DNA from: Eledone cirrhosa
Taxonomy: Eukaryota
DNA: 64,000 bases
Assembly: GCA_964016885.1 (NCBI GenBank)
Contig: OZ024746.1
Span: 76,322,001-76,386,000, forward strand
Direction: 5' to 3'
Below the pieces are notes generated by a model that worked only from the letters and a program-made list of their open reading frames with translations, searched no databases and was not told the DNA's origin. Positions 25,901 to 33,002 of the stretch are shown here, piece after piece. A program made the position numbers and the translations under genes. Position 1 is the stretch's first letter. Every line of letters begins with the position of its first letter.

Positions 25901-26112
25901 TTTTGTTATATATCTTAAGATTTGATTTAATTTCTTACAAACAATATATTTACTTCTTTCTCTGCAGGCAACTGAAAGAGGCAGCAGAAACTGCTTTTGA
26001 GAACCGCAATGAAGATGAATTAAATATAGTGCTATCTAAATGTAGTACATCTAATCCAAGTTTAATGGAAAAGATTAAAGGATTAAAAGCCCAGTTGTCA
26101 TCTAAGAAGTGA
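110..26112 (+). CDS. VPS16: Vacuolar protein sorting-associated protein 16 (HOPS/CORVET core subunit); 18 exons in the window, 5' exons lie upstream of it
   Basis: Manually spliced exons give one continuous frame with matching intron phases, colinear with metazoan VPS16 (e.g. [87 protein letters not shown]). TGA at 26110-26112. Confidence 0.97.
1335..1457 (+). CDS. VPS16: VPS16 exon ([35 protein letters not shown])
   Basis: tag acceptor, gtaagt donor, 123 nt, phase 0-0. Confidence 0.9.
2107..2162 (+). CDS. VPS16: VPS16 exon ([19 protein letters not shown])
   Basis: polyT-cag acceptor, gtaaat donor, phase 0-2. Confidence 0.88.
3050..3290. repeat. Tandem duplication (2 x about 113 bp) of an abundant interspersed repeat (GGATGCCCTTCCTAACACCAACCAC..TTTACAG motif, probably an RTE/SINE 3' tail)
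   Basis: Near-identical direct units; the motif recurs many times in the window (e.g. 13230, 28640, 38186, 48350, 59250, 63880). Confidence 0.7.
3395..3741 (+). mobile_element. 5'-truncated CR1-group LINE fragment (ORF2 C-terminus plus a single 3'UTR unit)
   Basis: [22 protein letters not shown]; homologous to 35550-36050. Confidence 0.9.
4111..4185 (+). CDS. VPS16: VPS16 exon ([25 protein letters not shown]), followed by a U12 AT-AC donor
   Basis: cag acceptor; followed by ATATCCTTTT. Confidence 0.9.
4186..5650 (+). other. U12-type AT-AC intron of VPS16
   Basis: 5' site ATATCCTTTT; branch site TTCTCCTTAAC at 5631-5641; ends ..GGATTAC; the join TC|C keeps the frame (HIS-YMLDG). Confidence 0.93.
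4245..5110 (+). mobile_element. Degenerate RLE-type (CRE-like) non-LTR retrotransposon fragment inside the AT-AC intron
   Basis: Frameshifted [29 protein letters not shown], zinc-knuckle-like [10 protein letters not shown], and nuclease-like [17 protein letters not shown]. Confidence 0.7.
5651..5745 (+). CDS. VPS16: VPS16 exon ([31 protein letters not shown])
   Basis: AC acceptor, gtaatt donor, conserved LVxExDGVRI motif. Confidence 0.92.
6350..6426 (+). CDS. VPS16: VPS16 exon ([26 protein letters not shown])
   Basis: ctcag acceptor, gtgagt donor, phase 1-0. Confidence 0.92.
6580..6747 (+). repeat. About 85-bp minisatellite, split by the LINE and resuming at 12007-12112
   Basis: Repeated TTGAGGAAGG..GTGATGAATGTTGTGAAGAGAAAT units on both sides of the insertion. 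Confidence 0.75.
7017..9773 (-). CDS. LINE ORF2: APE endonuclease plus reverse transcriptase (the listed start is TTG, not ATG)
   Basis: LNARSL, TETW, GDFN, LDL, SDH (endonuclease); [32 protein letters not shown] (RT); RPHLEF..VWNP and TRGH (CR1-type C-terminus). Confidence 0.95.
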   Translation of the reverse strand: MLSLNARSLCNKIHLFESYVRSIDPDFITVTETWAHSLLCDGVFTITGYNLFRINRRGGGVMVYVRSNFSVIPCVDLNESQEEVFFCDIRMTMSTLLLGVVYRPPNYHQDTQLCDILRVAAKKTATYVFIAGDFNHPEIDWETFRWPQGANDFLELVLDSNWSQVVTSPTRGDNTLDLIFTTTPEVVISCTTEEPLGDSDHAMIIANLALEGSNKNQSHLQSACFDWKRADWNLYCTELQRPNWHEMYNSGDVNSILQSILDSIWIACAASVPRKRKNNHPKSAIWETSAVRLARKERRNAEREYKLHRSDANRKKRNKSSNHLKQVTKKAVLEFEQCIATNPDSNVFWKYVHSKQRPHSPVGPLRNPHTSQITDDPKECAELIAECYASIFTVENQNVPSPPSLTSNSITTMEFTPAMLRRHLKNKRNYASPGLDGVTYLLLKRGGDFLLRQLSFFFQYCLSNGATPEQWKTASVIPLFKKGNRMSPVNYRPVSLTSCMAKLMESCVKETLWNFWSSHSLIRPSQFGFIPNSSCCDQLIEFLEDITRITDSGSWVDVVYLDFAKAFNSVPHKRLMAKLFAMGVRDDLFDWLKSFILSRREVVTVLGQHSSPYEMSSGVPQGSVLGPLLFVAYINDIDANLQNATVLKYADDIKLYLEIKRTDPEIYNSFLQSDLDTMQQWITDWQLKLAVDKCTTMHFGRKNPASTYSLHNTDIKKSSCERDLGITVSNDLHWTKHVSKIVKKAEGVLASLSKTFVSRSPAIYLKLYTAMVRPHLEFASSVWNPYLARNIDLLETVQRRATKRIPSIRHLPYSERLASLGMDSLKLQRLAVDLVNTHKVFNHLANCNPERLFDLHVSNTRGHAYKIRKQHSSHDFRRHFFTLRVAETWNKLPASIVSCRDTASFKTLMLPEIRQNYT
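9830..11227 (-). CDS. LINE ORF1: PHD-like zinc finger, Q/H-rich repeats, coiled coil, probable RRM-like C-terminus
   Basis: CHIC..WVECGTC..VCLQC..FQCLAC; three [19 protein letters not shown] units; [19 protein letters not shown] heptads; [16 protein letters not shown]. Confidence 0.88.
   Translation of the reverse strand: MFTFCVFLRMGRNNKIAMVISIDEICDKTGRCPKIEHCPENHICHICAEPENSFRNRWVECGTCRISVCLQCATGFRRIPGQKKRHHNAMMDGIWEMVQLKSWSFQCLACVPASTNVINVIEKQQQQQKPMTVSSSTTVTEQRQKPMTLASTVIPVGEHQKQQQPMSSTPSTSRHQQLVTVSSPTIPVEEHHHHQQQQQQQPATVSSPAIPVEEHHHHQQQQQQQPATVSSPAIPVEEHHHQQRQQQQQQQQQQQPTSTDFAELQLMISALRREVAGIEASIRVGPHNEGSYRNALLKNLPVPLAGKTEKTAESATHEVIAIGVPEDKADLQAFAASSAKDLGCVPPKGALRLGRPGPKPRLIRLSFSDPAEATLYHLASAKAGRENRITFRTRPGLPPHVRPKLRAAASLNRNSAQDESFSLRDDGQIWRFVKAGETWKRDTSWSECDLPTITGNVKTATTLGN
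12692..12814 (+). CDS. VPS16: VPS16 exon ([36 protein letters not shown])
   Basis: ccag acceptor, gtaggt donor, 123 nt. Confidence 0.94.
13505..13632 (+). CDS. VPS16: VPS16 exon ([28 protein letters not shown]), followed by a U12 GT-AG donor
   Basis: acag acceptor; donor GTATCCTTTT. Confidence 0.94.
13655..13945 (+). repeat. Diverged minisatellite, about 5 units of about 60 bp
   Basis: Recurring GGCATGGGACTTCAGAATGRGG..TATGYTATATA. Confidence 0.75.
15064..15250 (+). mobile_element. tRNA-derived SINE (family A)
   Basis: A-box-like TGGCAGTATTGG, B-box GAGTTCAAATCC, core TTTCATCCTTACGGGGTCGATAAAATAAAG, (ATT) tail; partial copies at 14530-14810. Confidence 0.85.
15332..15476 (+). CDS. VPS16: VPS16 exon ([29 protein letters not shown])
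   Basis: CA|A join keeps the frame; gtacag donor. Confidence 0.94.
15520..15735 (+). mobile_element. tRNA-derived CORE-like SINE (family B), diverged
   Basis: GTGTGGTTAAGAAGTTTGCTT..GTTCAATCCCACTG..CTTGG(A/G)CA(A/G)GTGTC; relatives at 2260, 5485(-), 22740, 45830(-), 48090, 59895. Confidence 0.7.
16720..16854 (+). CDS. VPS16: VPS16 exon ([32 protein letters not shown])
   Basis: tacag acceptor, gtaaag donor, 135 nt. Confidence 0.95.
16875..17001. repeat. (CT)n microsatellite
   Basis: Seen directly. Confidence 0.95.
17664..17772 (+). CDS. VPS16: VPS16 exon ([36 protein letters not shown])
   Basis: tag acceptor, gtaaga donor. Confidence 0.95.
17805..18618. mobile_element. Non-autonomous pogo/Tc1-mariner-type DNA transposon with TA target duplication
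   Basis: TA|CCATATATACTCA..TAAGCTGA at the left end, TCAGCTTA..TGAGTATATATGG|TA at the right end; another right end at about 25460-25524. Confidence 0.8.
19095..19189 (+). CDS. VPS16: VPS16 exon ([22 protein letters not shown])
   Basis: ccag acceptor, gttagt donor, phase 1-0. Confidence 0.92.
19581..19822 (+). repeat. Direct tandem duplication, 2 x about 122 bp
   Basis: TATATTTATGGTTGGGT..GATAACTC..ATGTTTTGGTCTAATTTTT..GTGAAGCA present twice. Confidence 0.85.
19888..19992 (+). CDS. VPS16: VPS16 exon ([26 protein letters not shown])
   Basis: atag acceptor, gtaagt donor, 105 nt. Confidence 0.9.
20010..20402. mobile_element. TTAA-flanked (piggyBac-like) MITE with an internal duplication; relatives at about 1536-1779, 5762-6010 and 21087-21582
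   Basis: TTAACCTTTTCAT..ATCAAACGAGTTAA ends and a shared body TTTCTAATGG..GATTTAGTAA..GGTGTTTGGAACATAA. Confidence 0.6.
20406..20692. mobile_element. hAT-like MITE
   Basis: Ends CCGGGGTCTCTAAAGT.. and ..AATTTGGGGATCCCT; subterminal TTGACCCC/GGGGTCAA inverted motifs. Confidence 0.55.
21259..21443 (-). mobile_element. tRNA-derived SINE (family A), full length, with target-site duplication
   Basis: Flanked by TTTTGGCGATTTAATAAT at 21241-21258 and 21444-21461. Confidence 0.9.
21634..21711 (+). CDS. VPS16: VPS16 exon ([26 protein letters not shown])
   Basis: gcag acceptor, gtaagc donor, 78 nt. Confidence 0.92.
22398..22567 (+). CDS. VPS16: VPS16 exon ([25 protein letters not shown])
   Basis: tactaac branch site and ttcag acceptor, gtaagc donor. 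Confidence 0.94.
23826..23922 (+). CDS. VPS16: VPS16 exon ([28 protein letters not shown])
   Basis: gcag acceptor, gtaaag donor, phase 2-0. Confidence 0.95.
24835..24938 (+). CDS. VPS16: VPS16 exon ([35 protein letters not shown])
   Basis: tcag acceptor, gtaagt donor. Confidence 0.94.
25968..26112 (+). CDS. VPS16: VPS16 last coding exon ([31 protein letters not shown])
   Basis: ctgcag acceptor, TGA stop. Confidence 0.94.
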
Positions 26113-26307
26113 TGTGTCTATAAACTAAACACCATAACACTTTAATCTCTTAGCATATTCCATTCCGAAGCAATTCACACGCAATCAAGAACACAGTTTA
26201 ATTTTGATAAGCCAAATTTTAAAACTTATTTTTGGTTAAATATATTTATCTGATCCTTCTTAAAGGCTATGTATATTCATTTGAAAAAAAATTATATATA
26301 TATATAT

Positions 26308-26587
26308 TATTTAATTACATAATAAACAACACAATATAATTATTCAATTACCAAAGGTTTCAGGAAACTAGACAATCCTTACACAAGCATCCAGCTTGTT
26401 CATCACATGAAATAGATAACTATTTCATCTGATGAACGAGCTGGACGTTTCTGTAAGGATAATCTAGTTTCCTGAAACCTTTGGTAATGGAATAATGATA
26501 TTGTGTTGTTTATTATGTAATTAAATAGCTCTGTACTATACATAGAGCACTCTTCTTTCCTTTACCTTTTCTATGGAAATACTTAAC
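26308..26587 (+). mobile_element. 220-bp palindrome plus tail: Penelope/retrozyme-like remnant in (TA)n, downstream of the VPS16 stop
   Basis: Arms 26308-26415 and 26420-26527 are inverted copies with a 4-nt loop; the right arm contains a hammerhead core. Confidence 0.7.
26421..26494 (+). ncRNA. Type I hammerhead ribozyme motif
   Basis: TATTTCAT-CTGATGA-(stem II GAGCTGGA/TCTAGTTT)-GAAAC-CTTTG-GTA-ATGGAATA; stem I pairs over 8 bp with one G-U. Confidence 0.7.
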
Positions 26588-27165
26588 ATATATATATGTG
26601 TATATATATTTATATATATAATATATGTATATATATAATATATGTATATATATAATATATGTATATATATTATATTATATATATGATATATATTATATAT
26701 ATTATATATATATATATTATATTATATATATATATATTATATTATATATATATATATTATATTATATATATATATATTATATTATATATATATATATTAT
26801 ATTATATATATATATATTATATTATATATATATATATTATATTATATATATATATATTATATTATATATATATATTATATTATTTATATTATATTATATT
26901 ATATATATTATATTATATTATATTATATATATTATATTATATATATTATATTATTATATTATATTATATTATATATATTATATTATATTATATTATATTA
27001 TATTATATTATATTATATATATTATATTATATTATATTATTATATTATATATATTATATTATATATATTATATATATATATATATTTCGTTTCTGACCCT
27101 CCCAAAGCATAACAATATATATATATTATATATGTATATATATATATTATAAATATTTATATGTA
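26588..27165. repeat. (TA)n/(TATTA)n compound microsatellite
   Basis: Seen directly. Confidence 0.95.
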
Positions 27166-27438
27166 TGTATTCCATAACATTTTGTTCTTTTTAAACAGCT
27201 GTTCCAAGTTATACTGACACACTCAGACATTGCTACTCAAGAGGATTTCATTATTAAAACATTTTATATGCTTATCAAATACTATAAGAAAAGTAATATC
27301 TGTACAATGTATTAAGAATGATTTTTATACTGAATAATTTTTTTTTCCATCAAAATACTTGATGAGTTACACTAATGACTTTAGCCAGCTATTTGTTTAT
27401 CAATCATGTTTTGTTGTTTTTATTAAAGTTAACTCCCA

Positions 27439-27476
27439 TATATATATATATATTTATATATACACACACACATGTG

Positions 27477-27510
<34 letters not shown>

Positions 27511-27515
27511 ATGTG

Positions 27516-27551
<36 letters not shown>

Positions 27552-27583
27552 ATGTGTATATATATTTATATATATACACACAC

Positions 27584-27625
<42 letters not shown>

Positions 27626-27832
27626 GTGTGTGTATATATATATATATATACACATGTGTGTGTGTATATATATATATATATATACACACACGTGTATATA
27701 TATATATATATTTATATATATACACACACATGTGTATATGTATATATACATACATACATATATGTATACATATACATACATACATATATGTGCGTGTGTA
27801 TATATATATATATATATTTATAATACACATAT
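27439..27832. repeat. (TA)n/(CA)n/(TG)n compound microsatellite
   Basis: Seen directly. Confidence 0.95.
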
Positions 27833-28908
27833 AGGATTTTGTTTTTGTTCTTAAATCTGTGATAAGTAAAGAGGAATTGTGAGTGAAGTTTTTGATTCAC
27901 TAACTTTGTAAAGTCAAAATTCATCTTCAATAGAAGAGAAACAATTGTATGAATATGACAAATAAATTATATTTCGATTACCTGAAATATTATTTTGTTT
28001 TCAGTGTATGCAAAAAAAAAAAACAACATATTTGTGCACCTTTGCCCTTTTGGTATAGCTTTGTCATGTTCTTGTGGAGACAAAGTTTTACATTATCGTA
28101 ACCCTCTTTTTTTTTCAGTTGACCATCTCAGCTCTATTTTTTTCATCCAGCAAAAGTCAGAAATCCTTCTTTGATTTTGAAACCAAAAAGAATTAATTTT
28201 TTTTCTCTTTCACCAATTGGATATTTTTGTTGACTAATTTATAGAATAAAACTTATTTTATAAGCTGTTTCTTGTTTAATGTGTATGTGTTGAAACTCTG
28301 GTTATGAATTTTATAGTTGATCTGATCAATGTAAAATTAATGTGCAAGTAATGGAGTATCCTACTGACATATGCACCCATACTTTGCTAGCAGGGAAAAT
28401 GGATGTTAAATGATAGATATATATATATATATATATATATCTATCATCATCGTCGTCATCATTTTAACGTCTGCTTTCCCTGCTAGCAAGGGTTGGACAG
28501 GTCTACATAAACCAAGTCAATACTGAATTGGGGCTACTGATCTCCCAGACAGACCAGGGATCTACGTCTTGCTTATGTATGGTCTCACGTTCTATTGAAT
28601 GCATCTTCTCAACTCTTTGTTCGGCAAGCTTTCTACAAATGGATGCCCTTCCTATCACCAACCACTTTACAGCATGTACTAGGTGTGTTTATCGTGTAGA
28701 TTACCAACACTAGGGAGGCTGTCATGTCCTTGACACAACTGAAGAGTCCTCCTGACCCTTTGTTTAGCAAGCTTTCTATGGCTGGATGTTCTTCCTATCA
28801 CCAACCACTTTACTGTATGTACGGGGTGTGTTTATCATGTAAAATTACTAAACACTTGGGAGGCTGTAGTTGGAACACATGTATCATATAATCACTGAAA
28901 GAAAAGCA

Positions 28909-29445
28909 ATGCAACCAAACAAAAACCCTCCATAAGGCATCTGCCATACTCTGAATGCTTTGCTTCCCTGGGCATGGATACATTAAAGCTCTGACATCTG
29001 GCAACTGACTTGGTAAACACCCACAAGAATATTAATTATCTTTCCAACAACAACCTGAGCACCTTTTTGAAATCCATGTGTCTAACACCCATGGACATGC
29101 CTACAAAATCAGAAAACAGTACAGCTCCCATGACTTTTGGAAAAACTTTTTCATGCTCAGAGTTGTTGAAGCATGGAACAAACTACCTGCATCAGTTGTT
29201 AGCTATTGGGACACTACATCCTTCAAAACTTCCATGCTTCCCAAAATTTGCCAACACTACACCTGATATTCTCCCTCCATACACACACACGCATGTGTGT
29301 GTCTGTGTGTATCATGACTCATATACTGTTCACTTTCCTGACATTTGTACATTATTCTATGTACTATATATGCACCTTTGATGAGTTGTAGTGCACCTGA
29401 GCACTGTACACAATCATTTTCATTATTACTATTCTTATTATTATT
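28909..29445 (+). mobile_element. Older 5'-truncated CR1-group LINE fragment
   Basis: Diverged match to 35410-36060, with stops; single 3'UTR unit. Confidence 0.9.
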
Positions 29446-29641
29446 TAATCTTTCATCCTTACGGGGTTAAAATAAAGTACCAGTAATGCACTGGGTCTGA
29501 TTTAATCGACTTTCCCCTCCCCTAAAATTGTTGGCCTTGTGCCTAAATCAGAAACCATTATTATTTAAACTGGTGTTGGGAACAAAGTTTCTTGCATAAA
29601 TTTATGATGAAAGATTTTAACATAAATATATACATTTTAAG

Positions 29642-29813
29642 GTTAGTATAAAGAATGATGTGTTAATGCATGGAAATGTTATAAACAAGTAAGTTGTCAT
29701 TGGCCACTAGTGGCCAATGACAGCTTACTTTTCTGTCTTGAAGGTTCTTCACCCTTTTCTATAAGCTAGTTTATAGCATCTCCATGCATTAACACATCAT
29801 TCTTTATATTAAC
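29642..29813. repeat. Nested palindrome: 45-bp outer inverted arms enclosing a 44-bp near-perfect inner palindrome
   Basis: GTTAGTATAAAGAATGATGTGTTAATGCATGG / CCATGCATTAACACATCATTCTTTATATTAAC; inner AAGTAAGTTGTCATTGGCCACTAGTGGCCAATGACAGCTTACTT. Confidence 0.85.
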
Positions 29814-30484
29814 TCTATCTCCTTAGCTCTTCATAAAAATCCAAGAGATCGGCTAAGTTTACATGATGTGTGTATACATTTTAACTTTTGATACCAACCT
29901 GGCCAAAACCACCCATTTTAAAGGGTTTATATATTAATAAAAGATCTTCCAATATAAATATATATAAGAATCAAATGTTAAGTTACTATATTGATAATGA
30001 AGTAATTAAAAAATTTTAGTAAACCTCTCAAAATTCTTCATTAATAAATAGAATGTATTTCATTAGAAATATAGAATTTAGGTAAGTGAAATGCAGCCCA
30101 TGGTCCATCTGGGCACTAGGTACAGTGCAGGAGTATATGTAAGTGAAATGTAGACCATCTGAGGGGTCAAAATCATTGCTTAAGTACTGGTTCAGTTTCT
30201 GACGAACAATCAAGCACTTGCTAACAGAGAAAACAGTCATTATATGATGATGATGATGTATACGTATCATCATCACCATTTTACATCATTTTACCTACAC
30301 ATACATACATATTGATATTAGTAGGTTATGAATCAAATAGTTTTCTAAATAATGTCAAGAATGTTTTGAAAAATAAATTCAATACAGATTGCCTTAAACA
30401 ACAAAAATACTGTTTCAGACCAACAACTCAAATTTATATTGCATTTTAAGTATATGAAGTGTTTTATTGTCCAAAGATAGATAG

Positions 30485-31670
30485 ATAACTTTCTTTTTAT
30501 TTGCCACCAGGGCGTCAAAGAGTGGGACAAGTACAATGGGGGGAGTTTACATAAAAAGGCGTCCTCAATAAGGAGGGGGCAATAACAAAATATAAAAATA
30601 TAAGATATAAAATATAACAAAATCCTCAATAGTGAGGAGGCGTCTTGGGAGGTCGCACACACCCCCGAAAAAGTGTGCAACCCTTCTCCTCAGGAGCAGA
30701 GAGAGAGGGTGCTCCCTTGATCTTTCATCTTTCTCACCTACAGTCTGATGTAGAGTGAAGGCCCATTCACACGGGCCATTCTCGCCACTTTCACCCATCT
30801 TTCATAAAAACGGCTGGGGTGCAGCACCTCTCTGTCCATCCTGATCCTTCTTCCGAAATGATATCGGAAGAAATGGACCAGTTGTTGGCCAGAGAGAAAG
30901 GTGTCTGATCTCAGTGCTTTCAGACGCATCCACCATACAACCTCTTTCACAATGGCTATTACGCACAGAAACACCGCCTCTCCTTCGTTTTTGAAGAGGG
31001 GAGGCGGCTTGATCGTTACAATAGACTCGGTGGTCAACTGGATCAGTCCCACCCGTGACAGCAGTCGTTCGACATAGCCCCACAGATCGGCAATGCGCGT
31101 GCAACGGTTTCCTCGTCGCACCCGCATCTGGGACATCTTTTTCGAGGGGTCCCTACCCAGGCGCCCATGTCTGTAGAGCCTTTCTCGAATGGGCAGAGCC
31201 CCTCGGTAGCACTGCCAGGCCAGGGACCTCTGGAATTTATCCATTGGTCTCGGGCTGAATGTCCTACCGAACAGGTTGGCCAGTTCGTTTTCCTCCATGC
31301 CTAGGGCTGCTCCGAGGGTGTCGTCGCACCTGCTAACCACCAGCCCTCTATAGAATGACGAGGTGGATTCTCCACTGACAGCCGGGTCCGCCTGCCAAAG
31401 AGCCGTGAGCACCTGGGCAGTTTTCTCGGTCTTTGTTTGACCCAGGATTGCAGCTCGGTGAGCGAGACGAGTCTGGGAAAGGCTTGCCTCACAAACGGGG
31501 CCCACACCGGTTGACCGATGAGGAATACCTGGAGGTGCTGTAGCCTTAATGCGTGTTTACGCATCATCAGCCACGGCATCCCCAGCCCTCCTTTCGAAGG
31601 GTGTTGACAGCAGATGGATCTCCTCACCATAGGAGCTGCTTCTTCCAAAGGAATTGGAAGAGTGCGCGCA
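30485..31670 (-). mobile_element. L1/Tx1-group LINE 3' fragment (post-RT domain, zf-RVT-like region, 3'UTR), frameshifted
   Basis: RRSICCQHPSKGGLGMP, LAWQCYRGALPIRERL, WGYVERLL, KEVVWWMRLK. Confidence 0.8.
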
Positions 31671-32235
31671 GATAGATAGATAAGTAGATAACTGTTGCTG
31701 TACCAACTACCAGAGAATGGGTATGCCTTGTCAACTCTGAGACAAGTAAGGAGGAAGATATAGAAACACATACATGTTCAAATTACCACTTCCCAAACAA
31801 ATCTAGCACAAAGTGGTTGTCTCATTTCCAAATTGAAGGATGAGTATTTAAACTTTATTTTATTCAGAGTTAAGGCTCTATTGATTTTTCCCTGGATTTC
31901 ACAAAATTCTATGGATAAATCTATGTCTTGATTTTTTTTAAATTGAGTTTGAATTATTTTCCCACATCTTACATTAATTATTTTCCATTTTGACGTTATA
32001 GTCACTTATATATTCACGCTCACAATAATTTCTATACTTTCATTTATATATATATATATACAGGGTGTCTCAAAAAATGTATAGCTGTATGATGAGGTCA
32101 TAGCTATTACATATATAACAGCGACTATAAATAAACAAAGTTAATTTTAACCTGTTGACTTACACTTCTTGTTTATATATATATATATAACATCATCATC
32201 ACCAACAACAACAACAACAGCAACAACCTGCGACT

Positions 32236-32946
32236 GTGTCCTCCCCTGCCATTCCCGTGGAGGAACATCATCATCACCAACAACAACAGCAGCAGCAGCA
32301 ACAACAACAACAACCGACCAGTACAGATTTTGCGGAACTGCAACTAATGATTTCTGCTCTGAGAAGGGAAGTTGCAGGAATAGAGGCAAGCATTCGGGTA
32401 GGACCCCACAATGAGGGGTCTTATCGGAATGCCTTGCTAAAGAATCTCCCTGTACCTCTTGCTGAAAAGACTGAAAAGACTGCGGAATCTGCTACCCATG
32501 AAGTGATTGCCATTGGGGTACCAGAGGACAAGGCTGGTCTTCAGGCATTTGCTGCCAGCTCAGCCAAAGACCTAGGCTGTGTTCCCCCAAAGGGTGCCCT
32601 CCGCCTTGGTCGACCTGGTCCAAAACCCAGACTCATCAGGCTGTCTTTCTCGGACCCCGCAGAGGCAACCTCATATCATCTGGCCTCTGCTAAAGCTGGG
32701 CGTGAAAATCGGATTACCTTCCGAACACGCCCAGGCCTACCACCCCATGTACGTCCAAAACTACGTGCTGCAGCTTCCTTGAATCGGAACTCAGCACAAG
32801 ATGAAAGTTTCAGTCTGCGTGATGATGGGCAGATCTGGAGGTTTGTCAAGGCTGGTGAAACGTGGAAGAGAGATACCAGCTGGTCTGAGTGTGATCTACC
32901 CACAATAACTGGCAATGTAAAAACTGCTACAACTCTGGGAAACTAA
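32236..32946 (+). pseudogene. C-terminal half of LINE ORF1 (5'-truncated, no genuine start)
   Basis: Matches the C-terminal part of ORF 9830-11227. Confidence 0.88.
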
Positions 32947-33002
32947 ACCAGAACAACCTGTCACCCTCTACACACCATCATAAACTGCGAGCAGGGTACA
33001 AA

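Noticed and set aside
26625-27930. Many Y/I/H/T-rich ORFs
   Set aside because: Translations of (TA)n/(CA)n microsatellites that lack stops by composition.
32061-32175. TA|CAGGGTGTCTCAAAAAATG Tc1/mariner-like end, possibly the left TIR of the mariner at 36130-36797 split by the LINE
   Set aside because: Similarity to the right end is too loose to pair them.
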